From: Octopus sinensis
Lineage: Eukaryota
Assembly (NCBI RefSeq): GCF_006345805.1
Contig: NC_043020.1
Location: 4,278,001 to 4,342,000 of the forward strand
Length of the DNA: 64,000 nucleotides
Direction: 5' to 3'
How positions within the stretch are numbered: the first letter of the stretch is position 1; each line of letters opens with the position of its first letter. Below are positions 12,766-25,478 of the stretch, piece by piece. The position numbers and the translations under genes were made by a program. A model generated the notes under the pieces. It did not search any database, was not told where the DNA came from, and saw only the letters and a program-made list of their open reading frames with translations.

Positions 12766-12796
12766 AGGTATATATATATATTATATATATATATAT

Positions 12797-12984
12797 CGTC
12801 TATGCCAGTGTCATGTAAAAAGCATCCACTACACTCTCGGAGTGGTTGGCGTTAGGAAGGGCATCCAGCTGTAGAAATACTGCCAGATCAGACTGGAGCC
12901 TGGTGCACCCTCCTGGTTTCCCAGACCCCAGTCGAACCGTCCAACCCGTGCTAGCACAGAACAGACATTAAACGATGATGATGA

Positions 12985-12990
<6 letters not shown>
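12797..12990 (+). mobile_element. Solo RTE LINE 3' UTR (5'-truncated copy)
   Basis: GGCGTTAGGAAGGGCATCCAGCTGTAG ... TTAAACGATGATGATG matches the sequence that follows the RTE stop codon in the 15157-16727 copy. Confidence 0.8.
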
Positions 12991-13052
<62 letters not shown>

Positions 13053-13087
13053 GTATATATAATTGTATATATATTATATATATATAA

Positions 13088-13151
<64 letters not shown>

Positions 13152-13210
13152 GTATATATAAATGTGTGTTATATATATATATATATATATAATTTAAATG
13201 TATATATATA

Positions 13211-13244
<34 letters not shown>

Positions 13245-13357
13245 AATGTATATTATATATACACACATACATACATAGCTTATATGTATATATATGTATA
13301 CATATATATACATACATTTATATAATATATATATATTATAATATATATATAACATAT

Positions 13358-13401
<44 letters not shown>

Positions 13402-13457
13402 TATATATACATTATATGTGTGTGTGTCTGTGTATACATATATATACACACACACAA

Positions 13458-13497
<40 letters not shown>
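12990..13497. repeat. Long compound (TA)n microsatellite
   Basis: About 500 bp of nearly pure alternating TA with occasional TG/CA units. Confidence 0.95.
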
Positions 13498-13499
<2 letters not shown>

Positions 13500-15156
13500 C
13501 TCCAGCTGGCATTTACTTTTGTTTGGCCATGATCTGTTTTCATTCCATTTTCACCTCACTTCTTCAAACCATAACATTTTTCTTTCCCAGTTCTCATGTC
13601 TGTGACTCCCTAATCCTCCCACATTATCCACCTATATCTCATGTATTCCCTATTTTTGACCCTTAATTTCCCCTCCCCCGCCGTCTTTACTTGCCCTCGC
13701 CCCCTGTTTAACTCCTTCTGTCTCCCACCCCATGTCACCTCACCCTGTTACATGCTCCTTCTTCACCTGGCCCCCTCCTCTTCTTCACCTGCCTCACTTG
13801 TGCCACAAAGGTTTCGGAAATATTCACAGCCCCACCCTAACCTTGCCTCCTGCACACCAGCAAAAACTCAGAGTTGAAATTCTTGATTCCACCATTGCTG
13901 CTGCTGCTGCTTTACTAGACAAAGTCCCCCACAATTCACATCCATTTCATCATTAAGCAAATACATGAATAATCAGCAGAGTGAGAAAGGAAGATGGATA
14001 AGCATTGTGTGTGTGTGTGTGTGTGTATGGAGAGAAAGAGAGATGTACATATGACTGTATATATTTATCTATGTACATATATATGTGTGTGTGTGTGTAT
14101 GTATATACATATGTGTATATACATATGTATATATATGTAAGTATATATAAATTTATAAACATAAATACAAATGTATATACATATATATATCATAGATAGA
14201 CAGATACATACATACACAGGTGGACAGACAGACAGATAAATAGATTATATCATCATCACCATCGTTGTTTAGAGCTGGATGCCCTTCCTGTCAGCATCCT
14301 CATCTATTTCCAAGCAAGATAACACTTCCCATCAACTGGAAGATTTCAAATGGATACTTTGGTATAATCTGGTGGCGCTCATTTATGAACATTGATTCAT
14401 GTTGAGACACACACACACACACATGCAAGGCCTATGGTGGAAGATACTTCCCCTACATGTTGCACTGTGGAACTAAACTCAAAACTCCATAGTTGGGAAA
14501 TTAATTTCTCACCCACAATTCCAGAAATGAATTCATCATCATCATCATCATCTTTAACGTCTGTCTTCCATGCTGGTATAGGTGGAATGGTTTGACAGGC
14601 TCCATTCGGCCCACAGACTGCATCATCCTCCCATGTTTATTTATGCGTGGTTTCTATGCCTGGATGCCCTTCCGAATGCCAACCCCTTTACAGAGTGGGC
14701 TTGGTGGCTTTTTCAAGCCATCTACACTATTGAGGTTACCATGCGACTCACAGAACTACAAATCCTGGAGAGGAGAGTCAGCTTGGGGAGCAAGGAATAG
14801 AACTATGGAGATTGGGTATGGAGGGGGCAGGGTAGCAGTGCAGGTTCTTGTAGATCTGAAGGGCTATTCATATCTAATAGGGACAAGGGAGAGAAAATGA
14901 ACAGTCAGAGCTGCAGGAGATAGATAATGATGATTAGGTACCTAAGTGACCCCACAAGGCACAAGGTAAGATGAAAGAAATGGTTTGCAAAATTGTATGG
15001 AAAGGAAAATGAGGAAATGGGTGTGCAAACTGTCAAAATGGGTAGGGATGACGGGTGGATGGGCAAGAGGCCATACGTTACGGGAGGCAAGGGATGCAAA
15101 AGAGAGTGGGGTATGTATGTGCTTATGTATGTTTATATATATATATAACAAAATAA

Positions 15157-16727
15157 TCATCATCATTTAACGTCCGTTCTCCATGCTAGCATGGGTTGGA
15201 TGGTTCGACCGGAGTCTGGTAAGCCATGGAGGCTGCACCAGGCTCTAGTCTGATTTGGTAGTGTTTCTACAGCTGGATGCCCTTCCTAACGCCAACCATT
15301 CCAAGAGTGTAGTGGGTGTTTTTTACGTGCCACCGGCACAGGAGCCAGAGCAGGCTGGCAAATGGCCATGATCACTTGGTGCTTTTATGTGTCACTGACA
15401 CAGATGCCAGTCAGGCGATGCTAGTATCTGCCACGTTTGGACGGTGCTTTTTACGTGTCACTGGCACGGGTGTCTTAACTACAATTTCCATTTTAATTTT
15501 TATTTTGATGTTGACACTGACGTACTTGACTCAACAGGTCTCCTCAAGAACAGCGGATCACTCTACAATCCAAGGTTAGCACAGCGGGCCGTCCTGCGAG
15601 CCATGAACTCACTTCATTTGTCAGGTCTTTGCAGTCACAGCATATCTCCAGAGGTCTCGGTCTTTCGTCATAGCCTCTGTGAGGCTCAAAGTACGATGGT
15701 CATGCTTGACCACCTCGTCCCATGTCTTCCTGGGTCTACCTCTACCCCGGATTCCTTCTACAGTTTGGGAGTGGCACTTCTTCACACATCTCTCCTCATC
15801 CATCCGTAGTACATGACCATACCAACGCAATCGTCTCTCCTGCATGCTGCATCCAATGCTTCTTATGCCCAACATTTCTCTCAGGATGCTTACACTCTGT
15901 CGTGCATGGACACTGACATTACACATTCAGCGGATCATGCTAGCTTCATTTCTTTCAAGCCTACGCATGTCCTTCGCAGTCACAGCCCATGTTTCACTGC
16001 CATGAAGCATGGCAGTTCGCACACATGCATTGTACAATCTACCTTTTACTCTGAGCGAGAGACCCTTTGTCGCCAGTAGGGGGAGAAGCTTCCTAAACTT
16101 TGCCCAAGCTATTCTTATTCTAGTAGTAACGCTCTCTGAGCATCCACCCCTGCTACTAACTTGGTCACAAATGTAGCAGAAACTATCAACTACTTCTAGT
16201 TTCTCCCCAAGGAGTGTAATGGAATCTGTTTTCTGAGTATCTATGGTGTCTATTGCCCCTGTGCATCTGTCACACACGAAAGCTATCTTCTCGGTTAATT
16301 TTCCTTTGATATTGCTGCACCTCTTATGTGTCCATCTTATGGAGTTTCTACTTACACCTTTTCTACAGATCGAGCAAGGCCACCTACCTGAAGGGGTGTG
16401 TGGTGAGTTTGCCTTCCTACTTACTAGAACTTTGGTCTTTGCTACATTGACTCTAAGGCCTTTTGATTCTAAACCTAGCTTCCACACACGAAATTTCTTC
16501 TCTAGTTCCAGTAGCGATTCTGCTACAAGGGCCAGGTCATCAGCATAGAGGAGCTCCCAGGGACAACCTGTTTTAAATTCCTCTGTAATTGTCTGGAGGA
16601 CTATGATGAATAGAAGGGGGCTGAGGGCTGAGCCTTGGTGGACGCCAACTTCTACCCTGAATTCTTCACTGTACTCATTGCCAATCCTAACCTTACTACT
16701 AGCCTCTCTGTAGAGGGCTTGTACAGC
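15157..16727 (-). mobile_element. RTE-clade LINE, 5'-truncated (RT core, C-terminus, 3' UTR, (ATG)n tail)
   Basis: ORF 15927-16799 contains GVHQGSALSPLLF, ELLYADDLAL and VNVAKTKV. ORF 15621-15926 contains RLRWYGHVLRM and GRGRPRKTW. The stop is followed directly by the hairpin-repeat 3' UTR and (CAT)n at 15158-15166. Confidence 0.92.
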
Positions 16728-16729
16728 CC

Positions 16730-16925
16730 TTATGCATATATACATACATATATGTACATACCTACATATATATGTATATATACATGCATATATGGGCACA
16801 GGTCACCAAAAAGACATTGAACACAATGAGAAACGAAAACATAAAAACAAAAACATGGAAACGGACATACAACACAAAGAACATTCCCCTTCAGTTGTCC
16901 CTGTTTCGGCTACTCTGTGTTTATT
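16730..16925. repeat. Unclassified interspersed repeat, second copy at 62330-62560
   Basis: Both loci share TACATATATATGTATATA..CATGCATA..GAACACAATGAGAAAC..CATAAAAAC..AAAGAACATTCCCCTT. Confidence 0.7.
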
Positions 16926-16926
16926 G

Positions 16927-17834
16927 GATATGGAAGCTAAAGAACTCTTCACATGGTCAGAGATTTAGGACTACAGACGTCGGACATAGAAGGTAGTTGG
17001 AAATTCCTACGGGACAGCTTGCTGAGTGCCACAAACCAAGTCTGCGGATGGTGCAAAGTTCCTTCCAGAACTAGAGTTACGTGGTGGTGGAATAGTACGG
17101 TAGACAAAGCTATTAAAACAAAGAAACAGGCCTGGAAAACCTGGAAGGATTGGGGTAGCAGGGAACTGTACCAGGTAGCCAAAAAGGAGGCTGGGTGGCA
17201 GGTATACATAGCCCAGGGCAAAGCGGAAAAGAAGTTTGCTAATGTCCAGCGACGTGAGGACCAAAGAACTGAGGCATTTCAGATTGTAAGACAGTGTGTG
17301 AGAGAAAATCATGATGTCATAGGAGAGAAATGTGTCCACATGGATGATGGTGCACTTGCTTTTAATGATTCTGAAAAGAAAGACTTGAAGAAGCCATTAT
17401 GAAAGACTGCTGAATGTGGAGAATGAATGGGAGGAGGAGAGCCTGCCAGATGTTGACCCAGTAGAGGGACCAGCTATCTGAATGGACAGCTCCATGATAG
17501 ATAAAGCAATTTAGGATATGAAGCCAGGAAAATCCCCCAACCCATCAGGAATCACTGCTGAGATGCTTAAAATAAACACCACAGATGCTCAGAAAACAGT
17601 TTCCGTCATACTGCAGGCGGAGAAAATAGAAGTAGTTGATAGCTTCCGCTACCAAGGTGACCAAGTTAATAGTGGGGGTGGATGCTCTGAGAGTGTTACC
17701 ACTAGAATAAGAATAGCCTGGGCAAAGTTTAGAAAGCTTCTACCCCTGCTGGTAACAAAGGGCCTCTCGCTCAGAGTGAAAGGTAGATTGTACGATGCAG
17801 ATGTGCGAACTGCCATGCTTCACGACAGTAAAAC
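16927..17834 (+). mobile_element. RTE-clade LINE fragment lacking the RT core
   Basis: The linker region (TWWWNSTVDKAIK..RENHDV..GITAEMLKI) is joined directly to post-RT sequence (EVVDSFRY..RIRIAWAKF..KGRLYDA). Confidence 0.85.
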
Positions 17835-18204
17835 AGTCAATACAATAAGATGCCTGTTGTTATGTCCTGTTATTATTATTTATTTTTATTGTATTTTTGT
17901 ATTTATATTCGTGTAACATCGTCTGTTTTCCCGTTCTTGTTTTCGTATACATTCGATGCTTTTTTCCAAGGAATCTAATGCTCTTAGCTTATTTTTTCCT
18001 TGGGGCTGGCCGGATTGGAGCAATCACAAGATCAATCAGCCAAAATTGCAAAGATGATCCAGTTGTTGACTGAGGATAAAAGGCTTCGAATGACCCGTCC
18101 GTGTTTTTTTTTGTATCGTCTATCTGGATGCTTTGTTGTCCCTTTTTGTATCACCAAATTGTCCGGATGTTTTGCGCTCTTGTCCCATTTTGTATTTTAT
18201 TTTA

Positions 18205-18249
<45 letters not shown>

Positions 18250-18252
<3 letters not shown>

Positions 18253-18392
18253 GGTGCAGGAGTGGCTGTGTCGTAAGAATCTTGGTACCAAGCTCAGTCT
18301 CACTGTGTGGCACCTTGGACAAATGTTTTCTACTATAGGGTCGGGCTGACCAAACTCTTGATAGACGGAAAACTGGAAGAAGCCCGCCATGT
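18250..18392 (+). mobile_element. CORE-type tRNA SINE, partial
   Basis: GGTGCAGGAGTGGCTGTGTCGTAAG..CACCTTGGACAAATG..GAAACTGGAAGAAGCCCG. Confidence 0.75.
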
Positions 18393-19844
18393 GTGTGTGT
18401 GTGCATATGTGAGCATTCCTTCATCATCATCCTCTTTAGCATCATTTGATGTCCAATTTTCCATTTTTGTATGAATCAGACAGAATTTGTTGACGCAGAA
18501 TTTCCATGGCTGGATGCCCTTCCTGTTGCCAATGCTTACCCATTTTCAAGCAAAACTATGATTTTCCCATGGCCAGACGTTTTCCACAAAAGACCTTGAA
18601 CAAATAACATTGCTTGAATGGTGGTGATGCCTTGGTATGTGTTCCAGGCCTTTTTCTTCTGAGTTCAAATCCCACCATGGCCTACCTGGATGGCACACTT
18701 GTAATCTAGTTTAACACTGCCAACTGACACTCTGGGTATCTTTAGTAGGGTCCATTCTGTTGTAAGCATTGAGGCCAGGTTCACCTCTCCCCCCCACATA
18801 CATCACCACACTTGAAGGCCCTGAAGATCATCATAGGACTCATCATCATCAGCATCTCCTTTTCCTTGTTTGCATGGGACAGAATGAATTCCTTGAGGCA
18901 GATTTTCTACAACTGGGTGCCCCTCCTGTCACCAACCTTCACCTCTTTCCAAAAAAGGTCATATTCCTCCATGGCCAGACATGTTTCTCATGCAAGATTG
19001 GAAATGAAGGCCACCACATGTATGACAATGGCACTCTCTCACAACTATCATTTGCTGTCAAGGCAAGGCTATGCCCTAACTCAAACACATACATACACAC
19101 ATACATACATGTACATACATACATACATGCATACATACACACACACACATACATACATGCATACACACACACGCGCGCACATGCATGCACCAAAACTGAC
19201 ATGAAGCCTCAGCTGCCCTTTGGCCAGTCAACTCCTGTCAAACTGTCCAACCCATGCCACCATAAAAAACGGATGTTAAATGATGATGATGATGATGATG
19301 GTATGTATATTGGAGGAACTCATGAGGAGTCAACAGCCATCCAACAAATATGTGTAAATATGTACATATGTTTTTTGTATGTGTATATATATATATATAT
19401 ACACAATTTATAAACAAAGGCAAAAGAAAAAATTCCTAATGCCAAATATGCTGAAACTAGACACATCATCCATAACCATATAATTCATCACTACAAGCAC
19501 GTGTCTCGAAGAAAGCCGACAGAAATTTCTAAAAATTTCGTTATTATCAGACCCAATTTCAGAGTTAATTCATAAGAACCGTCTCTTCGTCAGTGATAAA
19601 TGCAGCAAAGAAATAAATGAAATACTTCCTTATACCCATGGAAGAAGCAAATACTAAGTCATGAGCACAATTAAGTACCCCAAATATATCCAAAATAGGG
19701 ATTCTCCAGCCCATTTAAAGGTATTTTTTAATATGCTGGCCCTTGATAAAATTTTTTTCAAAAAATTTTATCCTATATTAGATGTATATATATATATATT
19801 CTTATATGTATATATATATGCGTATTTTTACTTTTATATATATT

Positions 19845-20170
19845 CATCGTCATCATCATCGTCGTTTAGCGTCCACTTTCCATGGGTTTGACGGTGCAAC
19901 TGGGGTCTGGGAAGCCAGAAGGCTGCACCAGGCCCAGTCTGATCTGGCAATGTTTCTACAGCTGGATGCCCTTCCTAACACCAACCACTCCATGAGTGTA
20001 GTGGGTGCTTTTTACGTGCCACCAGCACAGGTGCCAGACGAGGCTGGCAAACAGCCACGAGCAGATGTTGCTTTTTACGTGCCACCGGCACGGAAGCCAG
20101 TCGGGGCGGCACTGGCGACGGCCACGTTCGGATGGTTCTCTTATGTGCCACCAGCACTGGTATCACAGCT
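19845..20170 (-). mobile_element. Solo RTE 3' UTR with three hairpin modules
   Basis: (CAT)n tail, the GGATGCCCTTCCTAAC core, and three GTGCTTTTTACGTGCCACC(G/A)GCAC-like units. Confidence 0.8.
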
Positions 20171-20195
20171 ACAATATATATATATGTATATATAC

Positions 20196-20244
<49 letters not shown>

Positions 20245-20419
20245 AATCTCATTTCTATATTTAAATCATGTCTTCCCTTTTTTTTTCTTCATGTATGAAT
20301 GAGCTGCTTTTTGTTGAACACCAGAATGATATTTGATCCCTTTATAGACCATCTGGGTGTCAGTTTGGTGTCTGGAATGGGAGAGCTTACCTGATGGGCA
20401 GGCAGAAGCCCGTTAACCT

Positions 20420-21345
20420 TGGTTGGTAATCTACCTAGGAGAAGGAAATCTCCATAATAAAAGCTGAGGCCTTGGAAGTTCTTGGTTTTGTCACACTGGC
20501 GAAAGTTTTCTTGGGCCAATAGGTGGGAGGTAGTGCAGTGCAAGCTACACCCACTGAAAATTATTTATCTGCACAGGTTCTTCCTGTACACCAAATCTTC
20601 GTAAAATCATTGAATTGGTTGGTTGGCAGAAAACCTAAAAATGCACTTGAAACTCTAAAATGTCTCAAACAGATTCCGTAAATGGCAAAAAAGGTTTGGG
20701 AATGTCAGGGGAACATGTCTGGCTTGGCAGGTGTCTCATTGTGTCACAGACTGGACCCGGTCATCATCCTGCCACTGTGGTCTAACAATCTTCAAGAAAA
20801 AGTAAAAATAAACATCCTTTGAATTTTGGTTGTTGGAATCTGCGCACACTTCTTGATAATTTCAACAAGAGGCCAGAAAGGCAAACTGCACTTTTTGCAT
20901 GTGAGCTCAAGAAATATTCCCTTGAATATTGCACTCTCTGAAACTCATCTCTCTGGCGAGGGTCATGTAAATGAACCTACTTATGGATATACTGTCTTTT
21001 GGAGAGGCCTACCTGAGGGTCAGCGTAGAGAATCTGGTGTTGGGTTTGCTCTCAAGAATACATTAGTATCCCCCATTGCAGTGCTTCCAAGTGGTATATC
21101 TGAACGGATCATGTCATGCTGTATTAAACTGACAAAAGGCAGGTTTCTTACCATTGTCAGTATTTATGCACCAACAATATCCCATTCTGATGAAACTGTG
21201 GGACAGTTTTATGATGATCTAGCATGATTATTGAGGAAAGTACCAATTTCTGACAAACTGGTCATATTGGGAGATTTCAATGCAAGGGTTGGAAATGACT
21301 ATCTTTTATGACCTGTAATAGGCCAACATGGAATTGGAAAATATA
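20420..21345 (+). mobile_element. Second RTE family (BovB-like): 5' region and APE endonuclease
   Basis: LNFGCWNLRTLLDN, IALSETHLSGEG, YTVFWRG, RRESGVGFAL, SGISERIM, TIVSIYAPT, FYDDL, VILGDFNARVG. Upstream CTAGGAGAAGGAAATCTC resembles RTE 5' UTR motifs. The left boundary is approximate. Confidence 0.8.
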
Positions 21346-21537
21346 ATAAAAATGGAGTAGCTCTTTTGCTGTCCTCCTTAACAATTACATATCCGCTGCA
21401 TGGGAAATCGGCAATGGCTCCATACTTATCGTCTCAGCTATAGCCTCAGAGCCCCAGTAATCTGTTACAGCACTTACCTAGCGTACCTAATCATTTAGAT
21501 CACCTGTAAACTAAACCTCCATACTTTGTGTGCATAT

Positions 21538-21598
<61 letters not shown>

Positions 21599-22959
21599 TG
21601 TGTGTGTGTGTGTGTGTGTGCGCGCACACACATATACACAAACTGAGCATCACATTGTTGCTGCATAATTTTCACACTGCAATGCCTTGGCAGCCTTTCG
21701 GAATAGCACACCTTCAGAAGTTGGATTTTTTCCATTTTGGCAGAGACTTTCCAAATTTTTCTTTTACCACTACACCCTTACAAATGAAAATATTTTTGAA
21801 AATTTATGAATGATAACATATCCACCCTCTCGCTTCCAGACCGATTTTGTCCAGCTTTTTTTCTCTTTGCACTGTACACTTAAAAACAATGGGGGGACAT
21901 CTATTTAGTAAAAAAAAAAAATTGAAAATTTATGAATTCTTCAACCCCCTCACCTTACTGATTTTGACCAATTCCTTTTTCGTTTGCACTGCAAACTTAA
22001 AAACAATGGGAGAAACCATGAAGGTTAAAAAGAATTTGGGTGTGAAATCAACGATAATTATTATAATTCTCACTTCCTTTATTTCCAAACAGAAAATGAA
22101 GCATAATTTAAAAACAACAGTGAAATCTTAAAATAGTTTCTCCTTAACCCTCCCCTCCATAAATCCTAAAATTAGATACATTTTATGGAATGATGATGCT
22201 GTGGTCCATTGATGGGATTTAAGCAACAACAAAAAATTTTGTAATTCAAATGTTTAACACCCACCCTGCGTTAACTGGGTACGTGTGTGTGTGTGTGTAA
22301 GAAAAAACATTTACTAACAGAATAGCATGCTATTAAAAATTTTACATACTCTTTTTAAATCACTGTCACCCTAATGAAATTCCTTACACATATGATGATG
22401 TGGTAGTCCAATGTTTAGATTTAAGCTGCTACAAAGAAATTTGTAATTTAAATTTCTAACCCCACCTCGCATCACGTGAGTCTGTGTGTGTAAGAATAAC
22501 CATTAACTAAGAGAAAAGTAGGCTATTAAAATATATTGTCTTTTACATACCTTTTTTAAATCACCGCCACCCCAATGAAAATCCTTACACACGCACACAC
22601 AGCGTAAGCAAAAGCGAGTGTGGGTAAAATGTATAGAGAGGGTGAAAATCGAAAAATGAAAGAGATAATCTTTTCAGTTGCCGTTACAGATTTTGAAATT
22701 TTAAAATGAAGTGAAACTTTTCAAATTTTGTATATTGGTGTATTATTTCATGCTGAATCTGAGGTTGTGATTCATTTAGTCTAGAAAAAAATTTAGAAAT
22801 ATGTTACAGAGATATAAAGTTTGGTCATTTTCACCCAATCAGAAAACAGGAATATATTCATAAAAGCTGTTTATCGTAAAATGAAAGTAAACCTTAGAAG
22901 ACGAAATTTCAAACGAAACAAAAACAATGCATGAGAAATAATAGATATAAAGAGAGATA

Positions 22960-23163
22960 AGGCGGCAGAATGGTTGGCACGACGGACGAAAGGCTTAGCG
23001 GTATTTCGTCTGCCGTTACGTTGTGAGTTCAAATTGCGCCGAGGTCGACTTTGCCTTTCATCCTTTCGGGGTCGATAAATTAAGTACCAGTTACGCACTG
23101 GGGATCGATATAATCGACTTAATCCCTTTGTCTGTCCTTGTTCGTCCTCTCTGTGTTTAGCCC
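22960..23163 (+). mobile_element. tRNA-derived SINE (AGGCGGC family)
   Basis: Aligns along its length with 4126-4356. ATATAAAGAGAGA occurs on both sides (possible TSD). Confidence 0.85.
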
Positions 23164-23786
23164 ATTTAGAAATGATACATATAAAGAGAGAGACAGAGAG
23201 ACAGTGAGTGAGTGATAAATTGTGGTAAATATATAAAGAGAAATAGATTAATGTTGACAAATGAAGGAAAGCTGTCGATCTCGAAACAAATGTTTTTATA
23301 TTTCTAGCAGAATCGTTATCAAGCTCTGAATAATACACAGCGGCATTTCGTCCGTCTTTACGTTCTGAGTTCAAATTCCACTGAGGTTGACTTTGCCGTT
23401 CATCGTTTTGGGGTCGATAAAATAAGTACCAGTCATATACTGGGGGTCAATAAAATGACTTACCCATCTCCCGAACTTGCTGGCCTTGTGCTAAATCTTG
23501 AAATCATTATTTATAGGCGACTTTCTCTTTTGGACGCGAGTACGTATAGAAGTCGCCAACATGCTAGAAAAAGACGCCAATGTCTAAAATCTACCTTAAG
23601 ATATCACCATGAAGTATCATGGTGATATCTTTTTTCGACATTGGCGTCTTTTTCTAGCTTGTTGGCGACTTGTATATGTGCTCGCTTGCCCTTGATATAC
23701 ATGGATGAATTAATTAATTTAACCTTAACCGGTTGAATTCATGCTAACTACCGGATAAAATCGAATATAGATTTTATCCTTAATTT

Positions 23787-23857
<71 letters not shown>

Positions 23858-23898
23858 TATATATATGTATATGTATACACACACACACACACACACAC

Positions 23899-25150
23899 AC
23901 GGGTTGGGCAAAATAATGGAAACCCCTTAAAATTTCAAACAGATCTATTTTAATATGGGGTAGGACCGCCCTTGGCAGTAATTACAGCTTGAATTCTACG
24001 AGGTTTGAATTGTACAAGGTTTGAATTGTTTCCAAAGGAATTTTTGTCCATTCTTCAGCTAAAACAGTCTCCAGTTCATGTATTGATGATGGTGGAGGAT
24101 ATCGGTTCCTTACTTGTTTTTCCTAAAATGCCCCATAAATGTTCAATAATATTGAGATCTGGGGACTGATAAGATGTTTAACTTCACTAGAATGTTCCTC
24201 GTGTCATTCAGTAACAACTTTAGCTGTGTGAATTGGTGTATTATCATCCTGAAAGATTGTGTTTCCCTCCAGAAGCAGTTTCACAACCATAGGTTGAATT
24301 TGATCAGATAAAATGCTTAATACTCATGACTATTAATTCTGCCATGAAGAGAAGCCGTTGGGCCAGCGAATTTCTAAGATATAGCCCACTAGATCATCAC
24401 ACATCCTCGTCCATGTTTAACAGTTGGAAGAAGGCAGTCTAAGTTATATGCTTCTTTTGGCTATCTTCACGTGTATACTTGGCCAGTGGTTGGAAATAAG
24501 GTAAAGGATGACACCTCCAAGAAAATAACATTCTTCCACTGCTCTAGGAACCAATTCTGTAGGTTTTTACTCCACTTTAAACGTTTTCCAATGTTTGATT
24601 TTAAAGGTAGTGGTTTTAAGATAGCAGTCCTCCCATGAAATTTGGCTTTGTGCAGCTTCCGACAAACAGTTTTTGTGGAAACTTGGTTCTCGAGGTGGTC
24701 ATTAGGCTCTGCAGTAATTCTGGGAGCTGTACTTTTGTGATCTTTTCTAACAATTCGGTAAGAGTCCGACGGTCCCTATCTGAAAGTTTTGGTTTTCTTC
24801 CAGTGTTTTATTTCGACGAGGAGGTTTTTCTCTCTTTCTCAAAGGCTGTCTTTACTTTCGAAGCAGTACTTCTTGATACACCAAACATTTTGGCTGTTTT
24901 CGTTAAGCTACCGCCTGCCTTACGAGCACCAACAAGTTGACCTCTTTGAAAGTCCGATAGATCTGTCGTTTTAATGAATTTTAATTACTTTTTTCTGATG
25001 ATATCTGAAAAGAAACATCAATTTTAGCAAAATATATTTAGCAACACTAATAATAAATAAAAAGAAACATAAAAATAAACACGCTTTTGATGGTTTTATA
25101 AATATTTCAAATTTATGATGCTAGGTGTTTCCATTATTTTGTACAACCAT
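23899..25150 (-). mobile_element. Tc1-like DNA transposon, about 1.25 kb, degenerate, probably DD36E
   Basis: TIRs are GGGTTGGGCAAAATAATGGAAACCCCT (23901-) and AGGTGTTTCCATTATTTTGTACAACC (25123-25148). Minus-strand transposase fragments: RGQLVGARKAG, FGVSRST, GRKPKLSDRDRRTL, WKNVIF, LLPTVKHG, IFQDDNTPIH, QSPDLNIIEHLW. Confidence 0.92.
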
Positions 25151-25313
25151 TGTTGCTTATTTTGATTCTAATCATCTTATTTTGAAATTGTAAAGATAAT
25201 GCCATACTAAATTCTGGTGCCTCAACTTAAGTCCCATATTCATCTGAATTTATCTATTTATGTGTGTGTGTGTGCATTTATATATGAATATGTATATATG
25301 CATATATATATAT

Positions 25314-25368
<55 letters not shown>

Positions 25369-25478
25369 GTGTATGTGTATGTGTGTGTAAGCAATCATGG
25401 GGATAAGCAAAAATAGACACATCAAATATATTAAATTTATTAAGTACATCAAATACAAAATGTGTGTGTGTGTGTGTA

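Noticed and set aside
15157-17834. Twin-priming inversion of a single RTE insertion
   Set aside because: The two halves overlap in the post-RT region and differ there by roughly 15%, so they are separate copies.
23899-25150. Fanzor/TnpB-type cargo in the Tc1 element (also checked the maT element at 55430-56650)
   Set aside because: Both elements are about 1.2 kb and fully accounted for by the transposase. No RuvC-like ORF is visible.
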